A stretch of 64,000 nt of DNA from NCBI GenBank assembly GCA_035545635.1, contig DASZXY010000006.1:153882-217881 (forward strand), in the 5' to 3' direction. Positions 8,952 through 18,522 of the stretch are shown here, one piece after another. The position numbers and the translations under genes are program-made. The DNA comes from Mycobacteriales bacterium (lineage in GTDB: Bacteria > Actinomycetota > Actinomycetes > JAFAQI01). The number at the start of each line of letters is the position of its first letter. Position 1 is the stretch's first letter. A model generated the notes under the pieces. That model worked only from the letters and a program-made list of their open reading frames with translations. It did not search any database and had not been told where the DNA came from.

Positions 8952-9623
8952 ATGAGGTGTGACTTGGTGCGGGCGGCACTGTCTGCCCGCATGGATGGCG
9001 AGCTGGCCGAGCTACCCACGGAGGCGCTCGACCGGCATCTGGCGCAGTGCTCTGACTGTCGGCGGTGGGAGCGGCAGGCCGTCGCGGTCTCCCGGCAGGC
9101 CCGGGTATCGGCGGCGCCGAATCTCGACGACCTCGTCGCACGGGTGGTGGCGGCCGCGCATGACATCGACGCCCACTCTGAACGAGAGTGGCGAGGAGTA
9201 CGGCTGGGCATTTGTGTGGTGGCGGCGCTCCAGTTCGCAGTCGCGATTCCGGTCCTCGTGCTCGGCCATGACCGAGAGGCTCCGTTGCACGTCTCGCACG
9301 AGATGGGGTCATGGGATGCAACGATCGCGATCGCGCTCGTCCTCGCGGCGCTTCGGCCGGTGCGCGCGGTCGGTATGAGCGCCCTCGTCGGTGTGGGTGC
9401 GTTGTTGTTGTGCACGACGGCCGTCCTTGACCTGGCGGCCGGGCGGACCAGCGTGATGGACGAGGCGCCGCATTTGCTCACCGTCGCCGGATGGTTGCTG
9501 CTGCATCGTCTCGCTGTGCTTGAGTCGACCCGACGGCCGGACGACCCCGCGCGGGACCTCGCTGACGTCGGCCATGGTGTCGCGGAGTCCGACTCGAGAG
9601 AAATCCGAGGGCTCTCGGCGTGA
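8952..9623 (+). CDS. zf-HC2 type membrane anti-sigma factor
   Basis: MRCDLVRAALSARMDGEL...HLAQCSDCRRW (H-x3-C-x2-C) followed by at least 3 hydrophobic segments. GTGA overlap with the next gene. Confidence 0.75.
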   Translation: MRCDLVRAALSARMDGELAELPTEALDRHLAQCSDCRRWERQAVAVSRQARVSAAPNLDDLVARVVAAAHDIDAHSEREWRGVRLGICVVAALQFAVAIPVLVLGHDREAPLHVSHEMGSWDATIAIALVLAALRPVRAVGMSALVGVGALLLCTTAVLDLAAGRTSVMDEAPHLLTVAGWLLLHRLAVLESTRRPDDPARDLADVGHGVAESDSREIRGLSA

Positions 9624-10267
9624 TTCGCCGCATGCTCGTGGGGCTCTGCTTCGCCGCTCTCGCCGGGGCATCGGCGTGCGCGTCAGGTTCGACGCCCTTG
9701 GCGGTGGTGAGCGGGGGGGTGAGCGCACACGGGCTGAGGGGCGACGTCCTGTCGCCGCCGACCACGGAGCCGCCCGTCGTCCTCGCCGACACCGTGGGCA
9801 CGTCTTTTCACCTCGCTCGGGAGACGCGCGGCAAGGTGGTCCTCGTCTACTTCGGCTACACCCACTGCCCGGACGTCTGTCCGACGCTCATGGCGGACGT
9901 CGCTCAGGCGCTGCGGGAGTCCAGTGCGGCGGTCCGGGCCGATGTGGAGGTCGTGTTCATCAGCGTCGATCCGGTCCGCGACACCCGTTCCGTGATCCGT
10001 CGCTGGCTGGATCACTTCGACCCGGACTTCGTCGGGCTGCGCGGTTCGATCGGGCGGGTGATCGCAATCCAGAAGGCGATGGGGGTGCCGGTCAGCAAGG
10101 TCACCCCTCACAGCAGGCACGGATACAGCGTTGCTCACTCCGCGGAGCTTCTTGCCTTCACTCCGGATCGCGAGGCACACGTCGTCTATACCGATGGGCC
10201 GACGACGATAGGCGACCTTCGCCATGACCTAGCCGTCCTTACCACCGACAAGGCGTACGGCGCATGA
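9620..10267 (+). CDS. SCO1/SenC family copper chaperone (lipoprotein)
   Basis: Lipobox LAGASAC. Thioredoxin-fold motif VLVYFGYTHCPDVCP (CxxxC). Confidence 0.85.
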   Translation: MIRRMLVGLCFAALAGASACASGSTPLAVVSGGVSAHGLRGDVLSPPTTEPPVVLADTVGTSFHLARETRGKVVLVYFGYTHCPDVCPTLMADVAQALRESSAAVRADVEVVFISVDPVRDTRSVIRRWLDHFDPDFVGLRGSIGRVIAIQKAMGVPVSKVTPHSRHGYSVAHSAELLAFTPDREAHVVYTDGPTTIGDLRHDLAVLTTDKAYGA

Positions 10268-10815
10268 GGCGGCGGTCGTTGCACCTGCTTGTGCCCGTGC
10301 TGCTGGCGGCGTCGACAGCAGCGTGCGGCGGCGCCTCGGGCGGCGGTGCGGCGCCACTTCCGCCACTCTCCCTCGTCGGCGGACACGCTCAGATCGGACA
10401 TCTCACGATCACTCGGGCCTACATCCCCGATCCCGCGACTCCGTCGCTGGCTGCGGCGTACTTCACCGTGACGAACGCCGGACCGGCTGACCGGTTGGTG
10501 TCGGTCCGGACCGCCGCCTTTCGCAGCGCGACGTTGCACCGCGAGGTCACCACCGCCCGCGGACTAGAACAGATGGTCGCGGTGCCGGCGGGAGCCGTTG
10601 TCCCCGCCTATGGCCGCCTCGTACTAATGCCGGGCTCGTACCACGTCATGTTGCGGCGCCCGCTGCGCGCGCTACGGCAGGGGGTGACCGAGCGTCTGAC
10701 GTTGCGCTTCGCGAAGGCCGGCGTCGTTCGCCTGGTGGTGCCCGTCGTCCCCGCCACCGGACTGCCCGGGTCGACGGCCGGCTCCAGTGGAGACATGGCC
10801 GGTATGTCGAAGTGA
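10264..10815 (+). CDS. PCu(A)C (DUF461) periplasmic copper chaperone
   Basis: Lipobox AASTAAC. AYFTVTNAG...LHREV...MV...SYHVML matches the H/M-rich PCuAC pattern. ATGA overlap upstream, GTGA overlap downstream. Confidence 0.8.
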   Translation: MRRRSLHLLVPVLLAASTAACGGASGGGAAPLPPLSLVGGHAQIGHLTITRAYIPDPATPSLAAAYFTVTNAGPADRLVSVRTAAFRSATLHREVTTARGLEQMVAVPAGAVVPAYGRLVLMPGSYHVMLRRPLRALRQGVTERLTLRFAKAGVVRLVVPVVPATGLPGSTAGSSGDMAGMSK

Positions 10816-11822
10816 TGCCACCCCCCGGCTTCGACGGCTGGCTCCCTCCGCTCACGGTCGGCCGCTTCTTCACCACGTGGTCGCTGCATCCGTGGTCCGC
10901 GGTGGTCTGCGCGGCCATGGTCGGCGGGTACCTAGCGGTCCGCCGCTTGGCCGTCGGACGCAAGGGTGCCTGGCCGTGGCGAGCATCGCTGGCCTGGCTG
11001 ACCGGAGTCACGCTGCTCGCATTTGCGACCCAGGGCAGCCTGCGGGTCTACGACGATTCGCTGTTCTGGATTCATATGGTCGGACACCTCGTGCTCGTCA
11101 TGGTGGTGCCGGTGCTGCTCGTCGCCGGGCGGCCGTTGGACCTCGTGGTGGCGGCGCTCCCCGACGGCTTGTCTCTCCGAGTGGCGACTGTGCTGCGCGG
11201 GCGGGTCATCTCCGCGATCACCAACCCAGGCGTTGGGCTGATTCTCTACACGGCCGTAATCGCCGGGACCCACCTCACCGGCTTCATGAACCAGATGATG
11301 CTCCACCCGTGGCTTGGTGGAATCGAGCAGCTGATGTACGTCACCGCGGGGGTGCTGTTCTTTTTGCCGCTGGTGGGCGTCCCGCCGATCCGATGGCAGG
11401 TTTCAGCGCCGCTGCGGATGGCGATGTTCGTCGTCGCGATGCCGATCGACACCTTCACCGGCGTCATCCTCGGCCAGACCAACACCTACCCATGGCCGGC
11501 GATGGCCGCGATGCATCCACCGTGGGCGCCGAGCCTCGTGACCGACTTGCACGCGGGCGGCGCGGTGATGTGGATCGGTGGCGACGCGATCATGACGGTG
11601 ATGTTCGGCCTCGCCGCGATCGCCTGGGCGCGTTCGGCGTCGCTCGGCGAGGGTGCAGAGCTCGGCGGGTGGCTCGAAGCGGCACGGGCGAACTATCAGC
11701 ATGGTCTCGTCGGCTCAGGCTCCCCCACTTCCGCAGTCTCGGCGTCTGCGAACCCGGACAGCGACGACGCTCTTGATGCGTACAACCAATATCTGAAGCG
11801 GCTGCACGCGCGCCGCGATTGA
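10812..11822 (+). CDS. cytochrome c oxidase assembly factor CtaG-like (caa3_CtaG family) membrane protein
   Basis: 336 aa polytopic protein. FWIHMVGHLVLVMVVPVLLVAGRP motif typical of the family. Confidence 0.75.
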   Translation: MMPPPGFDGWLPPLTVGRFFTTWSLHPWSAVVCAAMVGGYLAVRRLAVGRKGAWPWRASLAWLTGVTLLAFATQGSLRVYDDSLFWIHMVGHLVLVMVVPVLLVAGRPLDLVVAALPDGLSLRVATVLRGRVISAITNPGVGLILYTAVIAGTHLTGFMNQMMLHPWLGGIEQLMYVTAGVLFFLPLVGVPPIRWQVSAPLRMAMFVVAMPIDTFTGVILGQTNTYPWPAMAAMHPPWAPSLVTDLHAGGAVMWIGGDAIMTVMFGLAAIAWARSASLGEGAELGGWLEAARANYQHGLVGSGSPTSAVSASANPDSDDALDAYNQYLKRLHARRD

Positions 11823-11914
11823 CGGCTCACGAAGCCGGGAACTTCTTGAGGTCCGCAGCCGACGTATATGTAGTCGCGGCATTGGATCGCGCCGGGAGAG
11901 GGGACGTACGTCGG

Positions 11915-12616
11915 ATGAAACGCACTGCGCTGCGTGCGGGAGTAGTCGCCGTCGCCGCGACCGTCGGAGTCGCCGCGTTGGGAGCACCGGCGCTTGCACA
12001 CGTCACGGTGACAACGATCGGGCCTGCGACGCAGGGCGGGTACGCCGTGCTCGACTTCAAGGTTCCGAGCGAGTCCGACACTGCGTCGACGATCAAGCTG
12101 GACGTCACGTTCGACACACCGCTCGCGTTCGCCAGCCCGCAGATCATGCCGGGCTGGACGATCAAGACCAAGCAAGTGAAGCTTGCACAGCCGGTAACGA
12201 CGGACGACGGCACGATCACGACAGGGGTTGGCGAGGTGGTCTGGACCGCCGATGGGAAAACGGCGAAGGATGGCGTGCCAGCTGGCGACTTCCAGCAGTT
12301 CTTCGTCTCGGCGGGCACGCTGCCGACTGCCGCCTCGATGACCTTCCGTGCGATTCAGACCTACAGTGACGGGACCGTGGTCAAGTGGATCGAGCCAAGG
12401 ATCGAAGGTCAGCCTGAACCTGACCACCCGGCCCCCTCGCTCACGCTCGCTCCGGCCTCCGACTCAACGTCGGCGACGCCCGCGGCGAAGGCGCCTGTCG
12501 GTACGGCGACCGTCAAGGACAGCACGGGCAGAGCCCTTGGCATCGCGGGCATCGTCGTCGGTGCGCTGGGGTTGCTCACAGCCCTGGTTGCTCTCGGCCG
12601 CCGTCGCAGCACATAG
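11915..12616 (+). CDS. ycnI: YcnI (DUF1775) family copper-binding protein, C-terminally membrane anchored
   Basis: Start moved to ATG 11915 (RBS GGGAGAGGGGA). Signal peptide ends ...APALA|HVTVTT, so the mature N-terminus is His. C-terminal TM segment ALGIAGIVVGALGLLTALVAL. Confidence 0.8.
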   Translation: MKRTALRAGVVAVAATVGVAALGAPALAHVTVTTIGPATQGGYAVLDFKVPSESDTASTIKLDVTFDTPLAFASPQIMPGWTIKTKQVKLAQPVTTDDGTITTGVGEVVWTADGKTAKDGVPAGDFQQFFVSAGTLPTAASMTFRAIQTYSDGTVVKWIEPRIEGQPEPDHPAPSLTLAPASDSTSATPAAKAPVGTATVKDSTGRALGIAGIVVGALGLLTALVALGRRRST

Positions 12617-12664
12617 CGTTCGTCCAAACGTCGCCGCCACCACTGGCCGCGACGGCGTGAAGGG

Positions 12665-14371
12665 GTGACGATGGGTCCGGCCGCCGCGACACTGCGGCGG
12701 CGCGGCTCGCGGCGCCGGAAGCTCGCCTCTGCTGCCCTCATCGCCGGCGTGGCGGGCGGGTTTGTCGTGGCGACTGCCGCACCCGCGTTCGCACACGCCG
12801 TGCTGGAGCAGACCACGCCGGTTCAGGGCAGCGAGGTCCGCAAAGCTCCAACCGAGGTGTCGTTGCACTTCGGCGAAGGCGTTGGCATCGACAGCCAGTC
12901 GATCAAGGTCACGGACGCATCGGGCATGCGGGTGGACAAGGGGGATGTCCATCATCCGGAGGGCGACCAGAGCACCGTCGTCGTGGATCTCAAGCCGGGC
13001 CTTGCCAAGGCTTCCTACGCGGTCACCTGGCACGTAGTGAGTGCCGACAGTCATCCCGTCGGTGGCACTTTCACCTTCGGCTACGACGTCCGTCCCGGTG
13101 CCGCGCCCACTGTGCCGAGCGGCCCAGTGAGTGTTCGCGCGCTGCACTACGTGGGCAGGTTCAGCGCGTTCTGCGGCCTTGGGATGATGCTCGGCGGCAC
13201 GGTGTTCCTGGTAGTGATCTGGCCCGCCGGCGCGGCAACGCGTCGCGCCCGACGGCTGATCGGTGCCGGTTGGCTCGTCACGCTGCTGTCCGCCGCACTG
13301 CTGTTTCTCATGGAAGGTCCGTACGGCCAGACCCTCGGTCTCGGGGCCACCTTCCACCGCTCGGTCTTGTCCTCGACGTTCCACGAGCGCTATGGGCAAC
13401 TCATGATCGCCAGGATCTGGTTGCTATTGCTCGTCGCGCCCGCCTGGCGGCTGATGCCCGCGAGGCGCACTGATGAACGCAGGTTTCTCGCCGTTGCCGG
13501 CCTCGGCTTGCTTCTCACCTATTCCTTGGCCGAGCACTCCGGGCAAGGGATCGAGGTCCCGCTCGCCGCTACCGACGACGTGATCCACCTCGCTTCGGTA
13601 TCGATCTGGCTCGGCGGGCTCGCCATGATCGTGACGGCTCTCGTGCGCCAGCCTGCTACGACCGTGCGCTCCTTGGAGCTCCGCGAGTGGTCGCGGTTGG
13701 CAAGCACGGCCGTGATCCTGCTTGTCCTGTCTGGTGCATATCTGACATGGCGCAACGTCGGCATGCTTCCGGCGTTGTGGTCCACCGACTATGGACGGCT
13801 GCTGCTCATCAAGTGGTGGGGGCTGGTCCTGCTGCTGGCGCTGGGCAACCTCGGCCGCATGTGGGTGCTGCGCTGGGCCGCTCCCGGCGGGACCCCGTCG
13901 GAAGAGACCACGCGACGGCTGCGGGCCTCCGTGTCATTGGAGGTGATGATCGGAGTCTGCTTGCTCGCCGCTGCGGCAGCTTTGATCAACTCCGTCCCCG
14001 GTCGTCAGTCCTACGCCCCGGCCTACACGGCACACGTCAAGGCCGAGGATGCGGTGGGCAAGCTGCTCGACGTTCGCGTGCACCTGTCGTCGACGAAAGC
14101 GGGTCCAGTGTCGGTGACTGCGGACGTCACCGACTCAGCGGAACACGACGTTGCGCTGAGCGGCGTCACGGGGGACGTGGCACAGATCGGCCAGACCCTC
14201 GAGCCGGTGAGGTTCACGATGAGCAACTTTGGCCTCGCGCAGGGGCACGGCAGTGTTGTCGGTGTCGTGATTCCTACGCCCGGCCAGTGGCAGATGATCC
14301 TGCAGATCGTCACCGAGGATGGTGACGACTATGCGGCGGCGGTGTCGTTCACGATCAACGCTGCTTCCTGA
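12665..14371 (+). CDS. CopC-CopD fusion copper transport protein (YcnJ-like)
   Basis: Signal peptide ...APAFA|HAVLEQTTP (CopC with N-terminal His), then about 8 TM CopD-like segments and a C-terminal extracytoplasmic domain. Confidence 0.85.
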   Translation: MTMGPAAATLRRRGSRRRKLASAALIAGVAGGFVVATAAPAFAHAVLEQTTPVQGSEVRKAPTEVSLHFGEGVGIDSQSIKVTDASGMRVDKGDVHHPEGDQSTVVVDLKPGLAKASYAVTWHVVSADSHPVGGTFTFGYDVRPGAAPTVPSGPVSVRALHYVGRFSAFCGLGMMLGGTVFLVVIWPAGAATRRARRLIGAGWLVTLLSAALLFLMEGPYGQTLGLGATFHRSVLSSTFHERYGQLMIARIWLLLLVAPAWRLMPARRTDERRFLAVAGLGLLLTYSLAEHSGQGIEVPLAATDDVIHLASVSIWLGGLAMIVTALVRQPATTVRSLELREWSRLASTAVILLVLSGAYLTWRNVGMLPALWSTDYGRLLLIKWWGLVLLLALGNLGRMWVLRWAAPGGTPSEETTRRLRASVSLEVMIGVCLLAAAAALINSVPGRQSYAPAYTAHVKAEDAVGKLLDVRVHLSSTKAGPVSVTADVTDSAEHDVALSGVTGDVAQIGQTLEPVRFTMSNFGLAQGHGSVVGVVIPTPGQWQMILQIVTEDGDDYAAAVSFTINAAS

Positions 14372-14453
14372 GCAGGTGGCACACCCGAGGTCGTGATCAA
14401 ACCGGACCTGATCAAGCAGGTATACGGCGCGGACGGCGGTAGGGTCCCGCGAC

Positions 14454-15986
14454 GTGAACATCGCTGACCACGCCGCGAGCCGTCCTGATGCGGTCGCACT
14501 GCTCGGTCCCGGTGACGACCGGGTCACGTATGGCGAGCTGCACGATCGCGCGATGCGCGTGGCCGGGCTGCTTCACGAGGCGGGACTGCGCCGAGGTGAT
14601 GCCGTCGCGCTGATGCTGCCCAACCGGCGCGAGTTCCTCGAGGTCACCTGGGGTTGCCAGCTTTCCGGGCTCTACTACACGCCGGTCAACACGCACCTCA
14701 CCTTCGACGAGGTCTCCTACATCGTCGAGGACTGTCAGGCGCGCGCTTTGTTCATCGACGAGTCGATGGGAGAGCTCGCGACCGCGCTGCGCAACCATGA
14801 CAGCAACGTCGAGGTGTGGGTGGTTGTTGGCGCGCAATGGGAGGACTGGCAGTCCTACGACTCTGCGCTCACAGCGGTGACCGAGCAGGCGGAGGTGTCC
14901 GACGGCTGCGAGATGCTCTACTCCTCCGGCACCACCGGTCGACCCAAGGGAATCCGTCGGCCGCTGCCGACCGAGAACGGGTCGTGGGCGCAGGGGGTGC
15001 TGGAGCAGGCAGTGACCCACCTCTACAAGGCCACCGCCGACAGCGTGTACCTGTCACCGGCTCCGCTGTACCACGCGGCCGGCGTCAACTACACGATGGC
15101 GATCCACCGGGTTGGCGCGGCCACCGTCATCGTCCCGAAGTTCGACGCTGAGGACACGTTGCGGTTGATCGAGCAACATCGCGTCACCCACGCGCAGTTC
15201 GTCCCGACGATGTTCGTCCGGATGCTGAAGCTGCCGAAGGAGGTGCGCGAGAGCTACGACGTGTCGAGCCTTCGGTGGGTGGTACATGCCGCAGCACCGT
15301 GCCCGGTCGAGGTGAAGCAGGCGATGTTCGACTGGCTCGGCCCGATCATCTACGAGTACTACGGCGGGACCGAAGGCTTTGCCGGCGCGACCATCGGGCC
15401 GGAGGAGTGGCTCGCGCATCCCGGTTCAGTGGGCCGCCCGTTGACCACCGTCCATGTGATGGGCGAGGACGGCGAGGAGCTGCCGGTCGGCGAGGCCGGG
15501 GAGCTGTTCTTCGAGGGCGGCCCGGACTTCGAGTACTGGCGCGACCCCGAGAAGACGAAGTCGCTGTCCAACTCGCACGGCTGGCGCAGCCTCGGCGACA
15601 TGGGATACGTCGACGAGGAGGGCTACGTCTATCTCACCGACCGCGCGACGTTCATGATCGTCTCCGGCGGGGTGAACATCTACCCGCAGGAGACCGAGAA
15701 CGTGCTCATCATGCATCCGAAGGTCGCTGACGCTGCGGTGTTCGGGGTGCCGAACGAGGAGTTCGGCGAAGCGGTCAAGGCGGTGGTGCAGCCGCTCGAT
15801 GGCATCGAGCCGACCGCCGAGCTGGCCACAGAGCTCACCGATTACTGCAAGGCCAACCTCGCGGCGTACAAGTGCCCGCGGTCGATCGACTTCGACCCCG
15901 AGCTGCCGCGCGACCCGAACGGCAAGCTGTACAAGCGGCGGATCCGCGATCGCTACTGGGAGGGCCGCACGTCGCGCATCCTCTGA
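14454..15986 (+). CDS. acyl-CoA synthetase (AMP-forming, ANL superfamily)
   Basis: MLYSSGTTGRPKGI P-loop motif, YYGGTEG, GDMGYVDEEGYVYLTDR, PRDPNGKLYKRRIR. Confidence 0.85.
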   Translation: MNIADHAASRPDAVALLGPGDDRVTYGELHDRAMRVAGLLHEAGLRRGDAVALMLPNRREFLEVTWGCQLSGLYYTPVNTHLTFDEVSYIVEDCQARALFIDESMGELATALRNHDSNVEVWVVVGAQWEDWQSYDSALTAVTEQAEVSDGCEMLYSSGTTGRPKGIRRPLPTENGSWAQGVLEQAVTHLYKATADSVYLSPAPLYHAAGVNYTMAIHRVGAATVIVPKFDAEDTLRLIEQHRVTHAQFVPTMFVRMLKLPKEVRESYDVSSLRWVVHAAAPCPVEVKQAMFDWLGPIIYEYYGGTEGFAGATIGPEEWLAHPGSVGRPLTTVHVMGEDGEELPVGEAGELFFEGGPDFEYWRDPEKTKSLSNSHGWRSLGDMGYVDEEGYVYLTDRATFMIVSGGVNIYPQETENVLIMHPKVADAAVFGVPNEEFGEAVKAVVQPLDGIEPTAELATELTDYCKANLAAYKCPRSIDFDPELPRDPNGKLYKRRIRDRYWEGRTSRIL

Positions 15987-16041
15987 CCTCCGTTGACGCC
16001 CGGACAGGCCAGACTTACCGTCAGCCCTGCTTGTAAGTGAA

Positions 16042-17547
16042 ATGGAGGGCACGGTGAGGCCACGGCAGCTTCGGCGGATTGCGTGCGTGGTCATCGGTCT
16101 GGGAGCGGTGAGCGGCCTGGCGGCCTGCGGCACCACCGTGCCGCCGTCGAGCTGGCCAGCTGTCAGCGCCAACGGCACCGGCCCGAGCGACGGGTTGAGT
16201 GGGCCGACCGCAGCGTCGGAGACGGGGGAGCGGACCGCCGGTCGGGCGCAGACGGCCGTCTCGACGCTGACCGGGTCGGCGTCACCGGCAAACCCGACCG
16301 CGGCCGGGTCCGGATCGGCTCGCGCGTCCGGGTCTGCGGCCCCGACTCGCACCTCGATCGCGAGAGCGGCCCCGATCAAGATCGGCTACGCCTACATCGA
16401 CAGCGGTGAGAGCAACACGGTGCTCTCCGGGATCGGCAAGGGTCTCGCCTCTGCCGACCTGCACGGAGAGATGGAGGCGTACGCCGACTACCTCAACGCC
16501 CACGGTGGGGTGCTCGGCCACAAGCTCCAGATGGTGTTCTACCGCGCGAGCTCGAGCTCGACGCTGCAGTCGATCGGACAGGCGGTGTGCGCGAAGGAGA
16601 CGCAAGACGACCGAGTCGACATCAGCCTCGATGGCAACTACGGAAACGTCGTCTTCCCGTGCATGACGAAGGCGCGCATCCCGGACATCTACGTCGGCAT
16701 CGACGCGCTGACGCTGGCGGACTACCGCTCGTTTCCGTACGTGATCGAACCCGACTCCATAGCGATTGATCGGCTCGCCTCGATCGAGGTCCCGCAGCTC
16801 GTGAAGATGGGGTACCGGCCAAGTGGGCTGACCCAGAAGCTCGGGATCCTGTACTACAACGACGCCAACACCACTGCGGGTTTCAACGCGTTGAAGTCCG
16901 CGTGGGCGCTGCAAGGGGTGAAGGTTGCGGACAGCGTCTCGCTCAACAACTGGAACTCGGTGGGTGATCTTGCTGGCCTCGAAACGTCGGTTCAGGCCGC
17001 CGAGCTGAGATTTCGCGCCGATGGGGTGACGCACGTGATGTGCGTCGAGACGAACGCGTTCATCTGCGGCTTCTTCGGCCTGTACGCCGGGTCGCAGGGC
17101 TACTACCCGCGCTACGCGTACACGAGCCTCCAGCCACTGACGAACATCCTCGCGAACGTGTCGGCCAAGAGTCTGAAGGGTTCCGTCTTTGTCGGGTGGA
17201 ACCCGCCCGAGGACCTCAGCCGGCTGTCGTCGATGCCGTCCGGGGTGCGCTCCTGCTGGTCGTTCATGAACAAGCACAGCTTCCCGACGGGCACAGGCAA
17301 CGAGCGGGACGGGGCCGCCGGGGTGTGCGAGGCGCTCGACTATGTGGTCGCCTCGGTAACGGCGGCTGGGTCCACCGATCCCGATGCGCTCGCCGCCGCC
17401 GCCGAGCGGATCGGCCCGTCGTACCGGTCACGTCGGGTGCTGGGTGTCGGCACCGGGCAGGCAGGTGTCGACGTGGTGCGGCGCGGGGCCTACCAGACGG
17501 GTTGCTCGTGCTTTGCCTATACGAGTCCGCCCATCCGGTTGCGGTGA
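16042..17547 (+). CDS. solute-binding lipoprotein (Leu/Ile/Val-binding-type periplasmic binding fold), no adjacent permease
   Basis: Lipobox GLAACG, Ser/Ala/Thr-rich linker, then IKIGYAYIDSGE... type I PBP-like body. Family call is tentative. Confidence 0.6.
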   Translation: MEGTVRPRQLRRIACVVIGLGAVSGLAACGTTVPPSSWPAVSANGTGPSDGLSGPTAASETGERTAGRAQTAVSTLTGSASPANPTAAGSGSARASGSAAPTRTSIARAAPIKIGYAYIDSGESNTVLSGIGKGLASADLHGEMEAYADYLNAHGGVLGHKLQMVFYRASSSSTLQSIGQAVCAKETQDDRVDISLDGNYGNVVFPCMTKARIPDIYVGIDALTLADYRSFPYVIEPDSIAIDRLASIEVPQLVKMGYRPSGLTQKLGILYYNDANTTAGFNALKSAWALQGVKVADSVSLNNWNSVGDLAGLETSVQAAELRFRADGVTHVMCVETNAFICGFFGLYAGSQGYYPRYAYTSLQPLTNILANVSAKSLKGSVFVGWNPPEDLSRLSSMPSGVRSCWSFMNKHSFPTGTGNERDGAAGVCEALDYVVASVTAAGSTDPDALAAAAERIGPSYRSRRVLGVGTGQAGVDVVRRGAYQTGCSCFAYTSPPIRLR

Positions 17548-17552
17548 TCGAG

Positions 17553-18161
17553 ATGTCAGGATTGGTGGCGCCGCGCCAGACACAGGCGGAGCGCAGCGAG
17601 TCGACCATCAATCGCATCCTCGACGCGACCGTGGAATGCCTGGTCGAGCTCGGTTACAGCCGCACCAGCACCCTGGTTGTCCATGAGCGCGCCGGCATCT
17701 CGCGCGGCGCGCTGCTGCACCACTTCCCGTTACGTGCGGAGCTCATGGCCGCTGCGGTGGACCACATGTTCGAACAGATGCAGGCAACTATCGACGTGAC
17801 TTCTGGGAGCCAGGGCGATCCCGTCGATCGGGCCGTGCGGACGCTGTGGTCGACGTTCACCTCGAACCTCGGCGTCGCGGCGCAGGAGCTGTTGACGGCA
17901 GCGCGCACGGACCCCGAGCTGCGGACGGCGCTGGTGCGGCGCGAGGCCGACCTCAACCGTCGCATCCACGCAATGTTCGGCCGGGTCTTCGGACCCGAGC
18001 TGGTCTCACGCCCTCTTTACGACACGACGTTCCGGCTGCTTGCCCAGGCAATGCGCGGTGCAGCCGCGACCCGTGCGTTGCATCCGGATGCGTCGGCGCG
18101 GCCGGACCTCATCCGATGGGCTGAGGTCGCGACCCGACTGCTTGCCGTGGAGTCGCTGTGA
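17553..18161 (+). CDS. TetR family transcriptional regulator
   Basis: Start moved to ATG 17553 inside ORF 17040-18161. INRILDATVECLVELGYSRTSTLVVHERAGISRGALLHHF is the TetR HTH. Confidence 0.8.
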   Translation: MSGLVAPRQTQAERSESTINRILDATVECLVELGYSRTSTLVVHERAGISRGALLHHFPLRAELMAAAVDHMFEQMQATIDVTSGSQGDPVDRAVRTLWSTFTSNLGVAAQELLTAARTDPELRTALVRREADLNRRIHAMFGRVFGPELVSRPLYDTTFRLLAQAMRGAAATRALHPDASARPDLIRWAEVATRLLAVESL

Positions 18162-18522
18162 CGGGAAGTCCCGCTGCGCGCCAGGCGCGGAAGCCGCCGA
18201 CGATGTCAGTGGATCGGTGAATGCCGAGGGCCTGCAGGCTTGCCGCCGCCAGACTCGATGCGTAGCCCTCGTTGCAGAACAGCACGACCCACGCGTCGTA
18301 CGACGCGTCGGCCAGGCGAGCACCAGACGCCGGGTCGAGCCGCCACTCGAGGACGTTGCGATCGATGACGATCGCGCCGGGGATCCGGCCCTCGGTCTCG
18401 CGGTTGACCTCGGGACGGATGTCGATGAGCAGGGCGCCCTGCCGTTGCGCCTGCCTTGCTTGCGCTGCTGTCAACCGGTCGAGCGAGGTACGGGCCTGCG
18501 CGAGTGCCTGGTCGATCGTCAT
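18109..18522 (-). CDS. rhodanese-like domain protein
   Basis: Start at MTIDQ (ATG 18522) inside ORF 18109-18918. LIDIRPEVNRE...VVLFCNEGYASS (active-site Cys loop). ATGA overlap with the upstream cupin gene. Confidence 0.75.
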   Translation of the reverse strand: MTIDQALAQARTSLDRLTAAQARQAQRQGALLIDIRPEVNRETEGRIPGAIVIDRNVLEWRLDPASGARLADASYDAWVVLFCNEGYASSLAAASLQALGIHRSTDIVGGFRAWRAAGLPVTATPRQAVGSRPQPIG

